Below, one piece after another: positions 1 to 10,445 of a stretch of DNA of 64,000 bases. Made by a program: the position numbers and the translations under genes. This DNA is from Opitutales bacterium. GTDB taxonomy: Bacteria > Verrucomicrobiota > Verrucomicrobiia > Opitutales > UBA953. Numbering within the stretch: position 1 is the stretch's first letter; every line of letters begins with the position of its first letter. The stretch spans positions 5,342 to 69,341 of the forward strand of contig CAXNMQ010000007.1 in the NCBI GenBank assembly GCA_964203605.1, given 5' to 3'. The notes beneath the pieces are model-generated. The model searched no databases. It worked only from the letters and a program-made list of their open reading frames with translations, and was not told the DNA's origin.

Positions 1-510
1 GGTGTGCTTGAGCAGGTGAATGATGGCGATGGCACCGGCGACGAGGGCGAAGCCAATCAAGGCCCACGGCCGGCCTTTGCTGACGATGACGGTGAGGGGC
101 AATAAAATCGGCCACGCATTGCCCCAGAAGATCATGAACGAATCCCAGGAGGCGAGTCCGCCGAGTTTGCGGTCGCGGTGCTGCAAGGCGTGGCCGGCGA
201 GACGGGCCGCGCGCGCGACATCGAAGAGCCGCTTGCCGGAGTAGACGCCACTGGAGAGTTTGATCGCGGGTTCGAAGGCGGAATAGAAATCGGTAATCGC
301 GATGTCGCTCTCGTCGACGTCGACCTGCGAAACGTCGCCGCGGAGGAGGACGATGCGGGCGGCCTGCGCGCCGGTCACGCCGCGCACGAGGAGGATCCGT
401 CCATACTTCTTTTCTAGGCTCTTCACGCGCCGCCAAGCCAACCAGGGCAGTCCCAAGGCAAAGATGCCGGCCAGGCAGAAAAGCAGGAGGAGCTTGAATT
501 CCGGGTTCAT
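1..510 (-). CDS. YugP-like (COG2738-type) membrane protein; C-terminus cut by the window edge; the expected HExxH position reads RLAGH
   Basis: Hand translation of the reverse strand from ATG at 510: MNPEFKLLLLFCLAGIFALGLPWLAWRRVKSLEKKYGRILLVRGVTGAQAARIVLLRGDV...AARLAGHALQHRDRKLG...; N-terminal TM helix, soluble domain, then TM helices. Absent from the ORF track because there is no stop inside the window. Confidence 0.55.
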   Translation of the reverse strand, partial: MNPEFKLLLLFCLAGIFALGLPWLAWRRVKSLEKKYGRILLVRGVTGAQAARIVLLRGDVSQVDVDESDIAITDFYSAFEPAIKLSSGVYSGKRLFDVARAARLAGHALQHRDRKLGGLASWDSFMIFWGNAWPILLPLTVIVSKGRPWALIGFALVAGAIAIIHLLKHT

Positions 511-657
511 GGCTTGGTCAGACCCTGCCGATTTGCGGGTTCCCATCAAGGTCTACCTAGTAGTTCCGGCATAAGGGGGATAAGCGGCGGTGGATTCTTG
601 CCGGTCGGGTGAGGCTTCGTTGACCAGTCCCGTAGGCTCGGATTGAGTGTCGTCACC

Positions 658-1548
658 ATGAACCCCGATCTCGTCAGAAACTACCTGACCAGCCTGCAGG
701 ATCGCCTCTGCGCGACCCTCGAGGAAGTGGACGGCAAAGCCAAGTTCATCACCGATGAGTGGAAGCGCGCCGAGGGCGGTGGCGGACGCACCCGCGTCAT
801 CGCCGGCGGCACGGTAATCGAAAAGGGCGGGGTGGCCTTCTCGGATGTCCGCGGCCACGCGCTGCCTCCGTCCGCCACGATCGCCCGCCCGGATCTCGCC
901 GGCAAAGGCTTCCGCGCGATGGGCGTCTCAGTCGTCCAGCATCCGCTCAATCCCTATTGCCCGACGTCGCACATGAACGTGCGCTTCTTCTGCACCGATG
1001 GCCCTGATCCGGTCTGGTGGTTCGGCGGTGGCTTCGACCTGACGCCTTATTACGGCTTCGATGAAGACGCGGTCTCCTGGCACCGTGCCGCGGAGAAAGC
1101 TACGGGCGCCCATTTTCCGAAGTTCAAGACCTGGTGCGACGACTACTTCCTGCTGAAGCACCGTCAGGAACAACGCGGCGTAGGCGGCGTGTTCTTCGAC
1201 GACTTCACCGAGGGCGGTTTCGAATCGGCCTTTGCGATGATGCAGAAGGTCGGCGATGCCTTTGGTCCGGCCTACGCCGAGATCCTGCGCCGCCGTAAGG
1301 ACACCCCCTATGGCGAGCGCGAGCGTAACTGGCAGGAAGTCCGCCGCGGGCGTTACGTCGAATTCAACCTCGTCTTCGACCGTGGGACGATCTTCGGGCT
1401 CCAGTCCGGTGGCCGGACGGAGTCTATCCTGATGTCCCTCCCGCCCCGCGTGCAGTGGCACTATGGCCACCAGCCCGCCGCCGGTACCCCGGAAGAACGT
1501 CTGCTCTCGCATTATCTAAAACCGCAGGATTGGCTGAAGGGGTCCTGA
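658..1548 (+). CDS. hemF: oxygen-dependent coproporphyrinogen III oxidase
   Basis: ORF 643..1548 (track start is TTG; in-frame ATG at 658 gives [17 protein letters not shown]). Typical HemF blocks: [77 protein letters not shown]. Confidence 0.93.
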   Translation: MNPDLVRNYLTSLQDRLCATLEEVDGKAKFITDEWKRAEGGGGRTRVIAGGTVIEKGGVAFSDVRGHALPPSATIARPDLAGKGFRAMGVSVVQHPLNPYCPTSHMNVRFFCTDGPDPVWWFGGGFDLTPYYGFDEDAVSWHRAAEKATGAHFPKFKTWCDDYFLLKHRQEQRGVGGVFFDDFTEGGFESAFAMMQKVGDAFGPAYAEILRRRKDTPYGERERNWQEVRRGRYVEFNLVFDRGTIFGLQSGGRTESILMSLPPRVQWHYGHQPAAGTPEERLLSHYLKPQDWLKGS

Positions 1549-2579
1549 TGAACTCCCGCGACCGCTTCCTCGCCGCCCTCCGCCGACAGCCCCATGACCG
1601 GGCTCCGGTCTGGATCATGCGTCAGGCCGGTCGTTACCTGCCCGAATACCGCGCCCTCAAGGCCAAGTCGGATTTCGTCACGATGGTTCGCACGCCTGAA
1701 CTCGCGGTCGAGGTCACGCTGCAGCCGCTCCGCCGCTTCCCGCAGCTCGACGCGGCGATCCTGTTCTCGGACATCCTGGTGATCCCTGAGGCCTTGGGCG
1801 TCGGTTACCGTTTCCGCGACGAAGGCGGTATCGCCATGGAGCGCGCGCTGGCTTCCCCGGCCGACGTCGCCACGCTGAAACTCGAAGGCGCCGCTGACCG
1901 TCTGCAATACGTCTACGACGCCCTCGCCATCCTTCGCAAGGAGCTCGGCCTGAATAAGACCCTGCTCGGTTTCGCTGGTTCGCCTTGGACGCTCGCCTGC
2001 TATCTCGTCGAAGGTGGCGGCTCCGAAGACTTCCCGAAGACCAAGGCGCTGATCAAGGCCGACCCGAAGATGATGCACCGCATCCTCGAGATCCTGACTG
2101 ACGCCGTCGCGCAATATCTCACCCGCCAGTTCGCCGCCGGCGCCGACGCGATTCAGATTTTTGACAGCTGGGCCGGCGCACTCACCGGTGCCGACTACGA
2201 GGAGTTCTCCCTGCGCTATATCCGTGCGGTGCTCGAACGCCTCCCTGCCGGCGCCCCCGTCATCCTTTACGCCAAGGGCAAGTCTCCGCAGGCCGCCGCG
2301 CTCGCCCAGACCGGCGTCCCCTGTCTCGGCGTCGACTGGACCATGCCCCTTTCGCAGGTCCGCCAGCTGGCCGGTCGCCCGATCTGTCTGCAGGGTAACC
2401 TCGACCCCGAGTTCATGACCGGCGAGCCCGCCGCCGCCGCTGCCGCGACCAAGGCCGTGCTGGCCGATAACGCCGGCGACCTTGGTCATATCTTCAACCT
2501 CGGCCACGGTATCACGCCGCAGGCCCGGATTGAGACCTTCCAGGCCGTCGTCGACGCCGTGGTTGCCTCTGGCGTTTGA
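1548..2579 (+). CDS. hemE: uroporphyrinogen decarboxylase
   Basis: ORF 1455..2579; conserved N-terminus begins at ATG 1548 ([35 protein letters not shown]), which shares one base with the hemF TGA (TGATG). C-terminal [10 protein letters not shown] motif present. Confidence 0.94.
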   Translation: MNSRDRFLAALRRQPHDRAPVWIMRQAGRYLPEYRALKAKSDFVTMVRTPELAVEVTLQPLRRFPQLDAAILFSDILVIPEALGVGYRFRDEGGIAMERALASPADVATLKLEGAADRLQYVYDALAILRKELGLNKTLLGFAGSPWTLACYLVEGGGSEDFPKTKALIKADPKMMHRILEILTDAVAQYLTRQFAAGADAIQIFDSWAGALTGADYEEFSLRYIRAVLERLPAGAPVILYAKGKSPQAAALAQTGVPCLGVDWTMPLSQVRQLAGRPICLQGNLDPEFMTGEPAAAAAATKAVLADNAGDLGHIFNLGHGITPQARIETFQAVVDAVVASGV

Positions 2580-2610
2580 CATCGTCCGCCGTCCCGCCTC
2601 TTTTGCCCCT

Positions 2611-3637
2611 ATGTCCCGTAAAGGTATCCTGCTGTTGAATCTTGGTTCGCCGAAGAGCACTGCCGTGCCCGACGTGCGTAACTACCTGCGTGAATTTTTG
2701 AACGATGACCGCGTCATCGATTATCCGGCCCCGCTGCGCTGGCTGCTGCTGGAGGGAATCATCCTCCGGACGCGCCCGAAGAAGAGCGCCGCCGCCTACG
2801 CCAGCGTCTGGACCCCCGAAGGGTTCGCCCTTGGTGGTCACCACTGATAAGCTGCGCGCCAAGCTCGAGAAGGCCACGGGCCTGCCGGTGATCATGGGCA
2901 TGCGCTATGGTACGCCGTCTTGCGCCGAAGCCGTTGAGAAAGTGATCGCCGCCGGCATCGACGACCTGTTCGTGATGCCGCAGTATCCGCACTACGCGAT
3001 GTCCTCCTACGAGACCGTCGTCGTCAAGGTGCAGGAAGAACTCAAGCGTCTCGCCCCTGGCCTGAAGTATCATGTCCTGCAGCCTTTCTACAACGACCCG
3101 GCTTACATCGATGCCTTGGTCGAATCCGCCCAGCCTTGGCTGAGCAAGCCGTTCGACAAGCTGCTCTTCTCTTACCACGGCCTGCCGGAGCGTCATCTGC
3201 GCAAGGGTGACCCTTCGAAGGCGCATTGCATGAAGATGAAGGATTGCTGTTCCCATTACAGCCCCTGCCAGGCGACCTGCTATCGCCACCAGTGCGTCGA
3301 GATGACGCGCCTCTTCGTGGCCGCCGCCGGCCTCAAGGAGTCCCAGTATGAACTCTCCTTCCAGTCCCGTCTGGCTGGTGAGAAGTGGGTTTCGCCTTAT
3401 ACTGACAAGCGTCTCGAAGCCCTGCCGGCCGAGGGCACCAAGAACCTCCTGGTCATGTGCCCCGCCTTCACGTCTGATTGCCTCGAGACCCTCGAGGAAA
3501 TCCGCGAAGAAGGTAAGGAGACGTTCGAGCACGCCGGCGGCGAGCACTTCGACCAGATCCCTTGCCTGAACGATTCGGACATCTACGTGAAGTATCTCGT
3601 GAACCGCGTGAATCACTGGAAGCCAGATCATCGCTGA
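2611..3637 (+). pseudogene. hemH: ferrochelatase, reading frame broken by one extra base (about 2823-2826); probably intact in vivo
   Basis: N-terminal part is in ORF 2482..2847 from ATG 2611 ([37 protein letters not shown]). The rest is in ORF 2705..3637 ([14 protein letters not shown]...MGMRYGTPS...MPQYPHYAMSSYE...FSYHGLPERH). The two join as WTPEG|SPLVV if one G of the run gaaGGGttc is removed; frame moves 1 to 2. Confidence 0.9.
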
Positions 3638-3674
3638 GGCGTGAGGGTAGGGGCAGCACCACGTGCTGTCCTCA

Positions 3675-3719
3675 GTGCAAAGGTGCAAATCGGCCTGCGG
3701 CCTGTGCAAAGGTGCAAAA
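3675..3719. repeat. about 29-nt tandem duplication carrying four GTGCAAA heptamers and two CGGCCTG heptamers
   Basis: GTGCAAAGGTGCAAA-tCGGCCTGCGGCCT-GTGCAAAGGTGCAAAA read directly in the hemH / DUF1501 convergent spacer. Confidence 0.75.
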
Positions 3720-3821
3720 GTGAGAAGTCATTCTCAGGTCCCGGGTCTCGGCAATCGGGAATCTGGTTCGGGTGCTCAGGTTCAGGTGCGGGTGCGGGTC
3801 CCGCACCTGGATGCCTGCCTC

Positions 3822-3913
3822 GGGTAGGGCGGCCATTGCCATGGCCGCCGTTCGCCAAGCGAGGTCCGTATCTCCGTCGGGTCAACGGCGGGCACGCAGT
3901 GCCCGCCCTACCC
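3822..3913. other. GGGTAG...CTACCC-bounded element enclosing two 9-bp hairpins
   Basis: GGGTAG-GGCGGCCAT-tgcc-ATGGCCGCC-(37 nt)-GGCGGGCAC-gca-GTGCCCGCC-CTACCC. GGGTAGGGCGG at 3822-3832 is also fully complementary to CCGCCCTACCC at 3903-3913. Same architecture as 48094-48151. Confidence 0.65.
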
Positions 3914-4004
3914 AAGACCCAAGCTGTTCATCCGGTCTCCGGTTTCCCTTTGAAGCGTTGTCTTTGCTATCCGCCAACCGCTATCCGCTATCCACCTATT
4001 ATCT

Positions 4005-5270
4005 TCAAAACAACCTCGCGATGGGCTTGCCGCCATCGGTGATCGGCACGGGGCGGCCACCGGCCATGAGGTCCTTGGAAGTGTCGACCTGCATTGCCGC
4101 GAGGATCGTGGCGTGGAAATCGGGCACGCTCACCGGATCCTTGACCACGGTCTTGGATAAGTCGTCGGTCTCGCCGTAGGCGCCACAATGCTTCAGGCCG
4201 CCGCCAGCGAGGATCATCGAGAAGGCCGTGCCTTGGTGGCCGCGTCCGCCCTTGGCGTCGAATTCCGGCGGACGGCCGAACTCGGTGGCGATGACGACGA
4301 GGGTCTTGTCGAGCATGCCGGTGCGCTTGAGGTCTTCGATCAGGCCGGCGAGGGCATTATCGAGCTCGCGGATGAGGATATGCTGGTTGTCGATGCCGTC
4401 ATTATGCACATCCCAGCCCGCGCCGTTGATGAAGTTGAGGTTGTGCGAGACTTCGACAAAACGCACGCCGCCCTGGATGAGGCGACGAGCGAGCAGGCAG
4501 CGTTGGCCGAATTCGCCGCCGTAGGATAGACGCGTGTCGGCTGCTTCCTTCTTCAGGTCGAAGTGGCGCATGAACGAAGGCCCCGCGAGGCGGAAGGCCT
4601 CATGTTGGGCTTGGGCATATTCGGCGAGGGCGGAGCCTTCGGGGGCCGTGCCGCCGAGCGCGCCTAGGAGTTCCTGACGGCGGACCTTCTGGGCCGGGTC
4701 GATATCGGTCGGCGTGGTGAAGCCGTTCGGGCCCGTCTCGGTGTCGACGAGGTAGATGTAGCCATCCTTGATGCCGAGGAAGCCCGGGCCGCGGCTCACG
4801 TTCGGGTAGCCGATGAGCATGTAGGCCGGGACGTTCGGGTCGGCGGCGCCGCGGCGGTGGGCGACCATCGAACCGATGGAAGGATAGATGGCGTTGCCGC
4901 TGATCATGCGGCCGGTGTGGACGAGGTTCGTGGCGAAGGCGTGCTCGTCGATGACCTTGTGGTTCACCGAGCGGACCGCGGTGACGTGCTCCATGAGCTT
5001 GGCCGTACGCGGCAGGTGTTCGCAGAGGCGGACGCCGGAGGCAGAGGTCTCGATGGAAGGGTAGAGCGAGCCGCGCTTCTTGACGGTGGATTTGTTGTCG
5101 CCGAGCGCCTTCGGGTCGAAGGTGTCGACCTGACCCATGCCGCCGCCGAGCCAGATGAAGATACAATGCTCGGCCTTGCCTTTCACGCCGGCGGCGCCCG
5201 ATGAGGCGAGCAGCGGTGACGCGGCGAAGGGGGCGAGTCCGAGGGCGGTGAGGAAGGAGCGGCGATCCAT
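4005..5270 (-). CDS. DUF1501 domain protein (sulfatase-fold, twin-arginine signal)
   Basis: 421-aa ORF with ATG at 5270. TAT-like N-terminus [17 protein letters not shown]. Typical DUF1501 blocks: [21 protein letters not shown]...[23 protein letters not shown]. Lies 4 nt downstream of the PSCyt/DUF1553 gene. Confidence 0.88.
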   Translation of the reverse strand: MDRRSFLTALGLAPFAASPLLASSGAAGVKGKAEHCIFIWLGGGMGQVDTFDPKALGDNKSTVKKRGSLYPSIETSASGVRLCEHLPRTAKLMEHVTAVRSVNHKVIDEHAFATNLVHTGRMISGNAIYPSIGSMVAHRRGAADPNVPAYMLIGYPNVSRGPGFLGIKDGYIYLVDTETGPNGFTTPTDIDPAQKVRRQELLGALGGTAPEGSALAEYAQAQHEAFRLAGPSFMRHFDLKKEAADTRLSYGGEFGQRCLLARRLIQGGVRFVEVSHNLNFINGAGWDVHNDGIDNQHILIRELDNALAGLIEDLKRTGMLDKTLVVIATEFGRPPEFDAKGGRGHQGTAFSMILAGGGLKHCGAYGETDDLSKTVVKDPVSVPDFHATILAAMQVDTSKDLMAGGRPVPITDGGKPIARLF

Positions 5271-5274
5271 GGTT

Positions 5275-8200
5275 TTAGTTGTAAAGGAATTCGGGAGAGT
5301 TGACGAGCGCCCAGACGACGTCCTCGGCGCGGCGGCGCCACTCGGTCGTCAGGCGGTCGGTCGCCGGGTCGCCCTTGCGGGCCGCGGCTTCCTCCTGCAT
5401 GCGCACGGTGGTGGCCAGATCATTGAGGTGGTTGGACCAGGAGACGTAATAGGCAGGCTTGCGAGGGTAGGCCGCGGACTTGGACGAGGACTGCGTCAAG
5501 CGGCCAGCGAAGCCTTCGCCGAGATACGCGGAGTATTTAGCCTTCTCCGCGGCGGTCGGGCGACGCGAGAGCAGGCGCAGGAACAGGGCGTCGGTGAGCG
5601 CCTCCGGCGACTTGGCTTCGAGGGCCACGGCCGTGACGCCGTGATCGTCGCTCAGGCGCGTGATCCAGGTGCCCATCGTGCCGTTACTGAGGATCGCGGG
5701 CTGCAGGGAGTTGGCCGAGCTCTCGCGGTCGGTCACGGGATCGGGACGGCTCGCACGCCAGCCGAAGGCGGCCAGGACGTCGCAGACGGCCTGGATGCGG
5801 GGCAGTGCGAGCGCGGGTCGGTCGCGCTCGTTGGAGGTGGAGGTGAGCATCCAGGCTCGGCGCGGCTGGCCGAGCGTCACGGAGTTCGCCTGTTCGCGGA
5901 TGCTGTCGATATCGAGGCTGGCCTCTTCCGTGCGGAAGGGTTTGCCGGTCGTGGCGAACATCGAGTCGACGACTTGTTCGGCGGAAAGGCGACGCGGGGC
6001 CGGCGAGGCGAAGAGAGGGCTCGTCTGCTTCTGCGAGGCGTCCGTCGCGCGCTGGTAGGCGTGCGAATTCAGGATGAGGCGCAGGACGTGGTCGGCATCG
6101 TAGCCGCTACGCACGAGCTCGCGGCCGAGCCAGCGGAGCAATTCCGGGTGCGAGTTCTTGGAGCGTTCCCAATCCCAGGCTTGGTCCACGAGGCCGCGAC
6201 CCATGAGGCGGGCCCAAAGGCGATTGGCCATCACCTGGGCGAAGCGTTCATTCTGCGGGGCGGTGACGAGCGTCGCGAGGCGATCACGCGGGTCCTTCGG
6301 ATCGAGCGCGAGGTCGTCAGCGACGCTTTCCTGCGAGAGTTCGGGGAAAGGCCAATGCGGCTCGACCGACGCGCCGGGCTCAAGGGTGACTTCGATGAGC
6401 GGCTTGCGACCGCCTTCGCGCAACTTGGCCATCGAGACGCTGCTCGTGATCGGAACCTTCACGGCCTTGGTCTCGAGGAGGGCGGCAAGCGCGAAGACCT
6501 GCTCTTGCTTGGCGGTGTGCGCCGGGGCGTCGTGGCAGCGCGCACACTTGGTCTCCATGCCAAGGAAGGCGGTGGTCACGATCGTGGCCTTGGCGGCCAT
6601 GGGCACGTCGTTCTGCGAGGCGATGCCGAAGCCGGCCGGGCCGCCGGCGGCGGAGCTGCCCTTGAGGCGCAGCAGTTCGGTGACCATGAGGTCGAGCGGC
6701 TTGCGGTCGGCGAGCGATTCGTAAATCCACCAGCGGAACGGACCGGAGTTGTTCAGCGTGGGATTCAGGATGTTCGGGTTCTCGGCGAGGACGTCCTGCC
6801 AGTAGCCCGTCCAGTGGTCGGCGGCGCGCGGGTCGTGCAGCAGGCGGTCGATGACCTTCGCGCGCTTGTCGGTCGAGGTATCGGCGGCGAACGCCTCGAT
6901 CTCGGCGAGGCTGGGCGGCACGCCGACGGTGTCGAGCGTGACGCGACGCAAGAAGGCGAGGTCTTCGGTCAGAGGATTGATCGTGGTGGGCAGCGTGCGG
7001 TAGTCGGGCCACGCGGCGCCTTCCTTGATCCACTGCTCGATGGTTGCGATCTCGGTCGCGGTGAGGCGATGGCCGACGGGCGGCATGGCTTCGTCGGGGT
7101 CCTCGGACTTAATGCGGGTGAGCAACGGGCTCTTCGCGGGGTCGCCGGGGATGATGGCAGCGCCGTCGGACGTTCCGCCTTTAAGTGCACCGGCCCGCGT
7201 GTCGAGGTGGAGCTTGCCCTTGGGCTTCCCGCCTTGGTGGCACTCGAGGCAGCTGGCTTCGAGGATGGGAAAGACCTTGGCGTAGAAATCCACGCCGCCG
7301 GTCTTCACGGCTTTCACCTGACCTTGGTAGGCGACGATTTTCTGGGCGATGAAATGGTCGATGGGGTTGTTGGCCGGGAAGTTGGCGGCGAGCGTCGGGA
7401 CGGGCGTCTCGGGCGTCTTGGCGAGCCACTGCTGCGCGGCTTCGCGGCGTTTCTGCCAGTAGTCGCCTTGGCGGGCGCGGGCGGCGGCACGAGCGGACGC
7501 ATCGACCTTGGTGAGGCGCGTCTCTTCTTGGGCGGCATAGGCGGCCCAGCCGGCGTCGTTATAGCTCGGAGTGTCGGCGGAAGGCGTCAGGAGTTGCCAA
7601 TCAGTGCGTCCCGCGAGCGAGATCGCGGCGATGGTTTCGCCGAGCTCGGGACGGCGGCGCATGATGGCCGGGCCTTTGACGCTGATGACGAACCCGACGA
7701 TGGATTCGAGGATGATGCGGTGTTCGCCGCCCTTGGTTTCAAATTCGACCCAAGCATCGCGGTTGCCCGGCGGGGCGAAGCGGAAGTCGCCGCCGAGGTC
7801 GAGATACTTGTCCTGATCCTTGATCGGTTTGTTGTCGGTGCCGGCGGGAGGGAAGGGCGTCTTGAGCTGGAGCTTGCCGTCGATGAAGAGCGCCGAGGCT
7901 CCGCGCCCGCGCAGGAGTAGGCGATGCTTGCCGGCCGGGAGTTTCACGGTCGCGAGCGCCCGCAGGAGATAAGGGTGGCCGCGTTCGGCGCGCACGCCGG
8001 TGTCGACATACTTTTCGGGGACGCGCGCGAAGCCGAAGGCGGGGGCGACGTAACTGTCGGTCACGGCGGGAGCTTTTTCCGGCCAGACGTTGGCGGTCGG
8101 TTTCCAGTCTTCGCAGAGTTCGACGCGGACCTGACCTTGGGTGACCGTGGTCCAGTCGATCTTCGGCGCCTTGCGGACGACTTCCGGGGCCTTGGCGGCC

Positions 8201-9039
8201 TTGGTGCCGCTGGCGCTGTCGTTGCCGGCGTTGGGGCTGGGGCCGACCTGGGCGATGTCGGCCTTGGCGACGGGCGGCAGGGTGGTGGCGAAGCGTGCGG
8301 CGATTTCAGCCGCGGGGACGAGGGTACGATAGAGGCGGATGTCATCGATCGCGCCGCGGAAGCTGCTGTTGGCGAGGCCGCCCATGGAGGAGCCGATCCA
8401 CACCGGGGCGTCGTCGACCACGGGCGCGTCGGTCGTCTCACCGTCCATGTCCCAGGAACCTTTGATCTCCTTGCCGTCGATCCAGCCGCGGATGCTCTCG
8501 GGTTTGCCGAATTCATAACGCACCGCGACGTGGTGCCAGCGACGGTCGTTGGCGAAGCCGGTGGGAGTCGTCCAGCGATGCCACTTGATACCGGTGCCGG
8601 ACGGAGAAGCGAAGAGGAAGTTGAGGCAGGCGCTGTCGTAGAGCACGCGCAGGCGCAGAGCCCAGTTCTGGTTGCTCGGGTTGGCGGACTTCGGATCGGT
8701 GCGACCCTTACCGATGACATAGGCGTTCTCGCCTTTGCGAAGACCGTCGGGCTTCACCCAAGCTTCGAGGGTGATCGCGTCGCCGTTCTTGAAGTCGAAG
8801 AGACTGTTTGCTCCCGCGTCCTTGATTTCGAGGTGCGCGCCTTTGCCGTCGAAGGTCGCGGCTTCATTCTTCTGCTCGAAGCGCGGGTAGTCCGGGCGAC
8901 GGGGGCCAGGCTGTTTGAAGGCGACGGTGCCGACGGCGTTGAACTCCGGAAGGGCAGAGCCGTCGAAATTCCACACCGGCACGGACTGGGCTGAGGCGAC
9001 GGCCGCGAGACCGAGGAAAAGGGGGACGAGACGGAGCAT
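5275..9039 (-). CDS. large secreted PSCyt1 (CxxCH) / DUF1549 / DUF1553 protein with an N-terminal LamG-like domain
   Basis: ORF 5275..9117 (track start is TTG); ATG at 9039 gives the signal peptide [19 protein letters not shown]. LamG-like region ([10 protein letters not shown]), planctomycete cytochrome c motif [20 protein letters not shown]1549-type [13 protein letters not shown]1553-type [13 protein letters not shown]. Confidence 0.88.
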   Translation of the reverse strand: MLRLVPLFLGLAAVASAQSVPVWNFDGSALPEFNAVGTVAFKQPGPRRPDYPRFEQKNEAATFDGKGAHLEIKDAGANSLFDFKNGDAITLEAWVKPDGLRKGENAYVIGKGRTDPKSANPSNQNWALRLRVLYDSACLNFLFASPSGTGIKWHRWTTPTGFANDRRWHHVAVRYEFGKPESIRGWIDGKEIKGSWDMDGETTDAPVVDDAPVWIGSSMGGLANSSFRGAIDDIRLYRTLVPAAEIAARFATTLPPVAKADIAQVGPSPNAGNDSASGTKAAKAPEVVRKAPKIDWTTVTQGQVRVELCEDWKPTANVWPEKAPAVTDSYVAPAFGFARVPEKYVDTGVRAERGHPYLLRALATVKLPAGKHRLLLRGRGASALFIDGKLQLKTPFPPAGTDNKPIKDQDKYLDLGGDFRFAPPGNRDAWVEFETKGGEHRIILESIVGFVISVKGPAIMRRRPELGETIAAISLAGRTDWQLLTPSADTPSYNDAGWAAYAAQEETRLTKVDASARAAARARQGDYWQKRREAAQQWLAKTPETPVPTLAANFPANNPIDHFIAQKIVAYQGQVKAVKTGGVDFYAKVFPILEASCLECHQGGKPKGKLHLDTRAGALKGGTSDGAAIIPGDPAKSPLLTRIKSEDPDEAMPPVGHRLTATEIATIEQWIKEGAAWPDYRTLPTTINPLTEDLAFLRRVTLDTVGVPPSLAEIEAFAADTSTDKRAKVIDRLLHDPRAADHWTGYWQDVLAENPNILNPTLNNSGPFRWWIYESLADRKPLDLMVTELLRLKGSSAAGGPAGFGIASQNDVPMAAKATIVTTAFLGMETKCARCHDAPAHTAKQEQVFALAALLETKAVKVPITSSVSMAKLREGGRKPLIEVTLEPGASVEPHWPFPELSQESVADDLALDPKDPRDRLATLVTAPQNERFAQVMANRLWARLMGRGLVDQAWDWERSKNSHPELLRWLGRELVRSGYDADHVLRLILNSHAYQRATDASQKQTSPLFASPAPRRLSAEQVVDSMFATTGKPFRTEEASLDIDSIREQANSVTLGQPRRAWMLTSTSNERDRPALALPRIQAVCDVLAAFGWRASRPDPVTDRESSANSLQPAILSNGTMGTWITRLSDDHGVTAVALEAKSPEALTDALFLRLLSRRPTAAEKAKYSAYLGEGFAGRLTQSSSKSAAYPRKPAYYVSWSNHLNDLATTVRMQEEAAARKGDPATDRLTTEWRRRAEDVVWALVNSPEFLYN

Positions 9040-9202
9040 CTTCTGATGGGACAGGGGCGGGGCGGAGGGGGTTCCGCTTAATGAGGGAGAATGAAGTGGC
9101 CTTGGCGATTGGGTCAATCGTGTCGCAATGTCCTTTTGGACGCCATCGGTGTCCGTTTCCGCCTGGGATTGCCTGTCGCTACGGCTGGCCTAGGGTCCAG
9201 GC

Positions 9203-10357
9203 ATGCCTTCGACCGCCCGCCGTCTCGCCGGTTTCACCGAATCCGTCATCCGCGGGATGACCCGCCTAGCCAACCAACACGGGGCCATCAACCTCTCCCA
9301 GGGCTTTCCAGACTTCGATCCGCCCGAGGCGCTGCTCGCCGCCTTGGAGCGCGCCACCCGCGGCCCGCATCACCAGTATGCCGTCACCTGGGGCGCCCCG
9401 CGCTTCCGGCAGGCGCTCGCCGCGAAGATCAATCGCTTCAGCGGCCTGGCCATCGACCCGGACCAGCACCTCGTGGTCACCTGCGGCAGCACCGAAGCGA
9501 TGATGGTCGCGATGATGACCGCCTGCAATCCGGGCGACAAGGTCATCGTCTTCTCCCCGTTCTACGAGAACTACGCGGCCGACGCCATCCTCTCGGGCGC
9601 CGAACCGATCTACGTCCCGCTACGGGCGCCGGACTTTCAATTCGACCCTGACGAGCTCGCGAAGGCCTTCGCCCAGAAGCCCAAGGCGATCATCGTCTGC
9701 AATCCTTCCAACCCTTGCGGCAAGGTGTTCACGCGCGACGAGCTGATGACGATCCTGCGGCTGGCCGAGGAGCATGACGCCTTCGTCATCACCGATGAGC
9801 CGTATGAGCACATCGTCTACGCGCCGAACACGCATGTGTATTTCGCCGCGTTGCCCGGCGCCTTCGAACGTACCATCACCTGCAACTCGCTTTCGAAGAC
9901 GTATTCCATCACCGGCTGGCGCCTCGGCTATGTCCAGGCCGCCCCGCACGTCATCGCGCAGGCCCGGAAGGTGCACGACTTCCTGACCGTCGGGGCCGCC
10001 GCGCCGTTGCAGGAGGCCGCGGTGGCGGGTTTGGAATTACCCGATTCCTATTACGCCGGACTCGGCCAGCTCTACGCCGCCAAGCGAACGCTATTCACGT
10101 CAATCTTGGCTAAGACGGGATTGAAATTCACCGAACCGCAGGGCGCGTATTATTCGCTGCTCGATATTTCGCCGCTGGGTTTCAAGACCGACACCGAAGC
10201 CGCCGAATGGCTGATCAAGGAGATCGGCGTCGCCGGCGTGCCCGGGTCATCGTTCTTCCGCGAACCCGAGCACCGCTACCTCCGTTTCCACTTCGCGAAG
10301 AAAGAAGACACCCTGCGCGCCGCAGGGGAGAAGTTGGGGAAGCTGAGTAAGGGCTAG
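9203..10357 (+). CDS. class I/II pyridoxal-phosphate aminotransferase (YbdL / kynurenine-aminotransferase-like)
   Basis: 384-aa ORF with ATG at 9203. Blocks: INLSQGFPDFDPP, SPFYENY, NPSNPCGKVF, SLSKTYSITGWRLGY (PLP lysine context), RFHFAK. Confidence 0.9.
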   Translation: MPSTARRLAGFTESVIRGMTRLANQHGAINLSQGFPDFDPPEALLAALERATRGPHHQYAVTWGAPRFRQALAAKINRFSGLAIDPDQHLVVTCGSTEAMMVAMMTACNPGDKVIVFSPFYENYAADAILSGAEPIYVPLRAPDFQFDPDELAKAFAQKPKAIIVCNPSNPCGKVFTRDELMTILRLAEEHDAFVITDEPYEHIVYAPNTHVYFAALPGAFERTITCNSLSKTYSITGWRLGYVQAAPHVIAQARKVHDFLTVGAAAPLQEAAVAGLELPDSYYAGLGQLYAAKRTLFTSILAKTGLKFTEPQGAYYSLLDISPLGFKTDTEAAEWLIKEIGVAGVPGSSFFREPEHRYLRFHFAKKEDTLRAAGEKLGKLSKG

Positions 10358-10430
10358 GGCCGGGGGCAGGGCTAGGGATAGAGCCTGCCATTATTACCTG
10401 GCCCAAGCCCTGGCCCAAGCCCTGTCCCTC
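10351..10430. repeat. G3-tract arm / C3-tract arm imperfect palindrome between convergent genes
   Basis: GGGCTAGGGCCGGGGGCAGGGCTAGGGA ... CTGGCCCAAGCC CTGGCCCAAGCC CTGTCCCTC. The first unit contains the aminotransferase TAG stop. The G-arm is near-identical to the reverse complement of 44431-44459. Confidence 0.75.
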
Positions 10431-10445
10431 GGTTGGCGCCCTGCG

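Noticed and set aside
2815-2835. Programmed +1/-1 ribosomal frameshifting as an explanation for the split genes (hemH, helicase, photolyase and others).
   Set aside because: There is no shared slippery heptamer, no prfB-like internal SD plus stop context and no downstream pseudoknot. The breaks are too numerous and fall in unrelated genes, and all are the same sign, which fits a technical insertion bias.
3634-3675. Intrinsic terminator immediately after hemH.
   Set aside because: Only a 6-bp inner stem (CAGCAC/GTGCTG) pairs cleanly. The outer CTGAGG/CCTCAG pairing needs a 14-nt asymmetric bulge, and there is no T-run. It is too weak to call as a feature.
5137-7920. 927-aa plus-strand ORF, and many other 100-400-aa ORFs antisense to real genes (for example 1512..2660, 13930..15033, 39096..41093, 55950..57119).
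   Set aside because: These are typical high-GC antisense read-through. Their products are Arg/Gly/Ala/Glu/Val-rich with no motifs, and the opposite strand encodes clearly recognisable proteins with conserved signatures.
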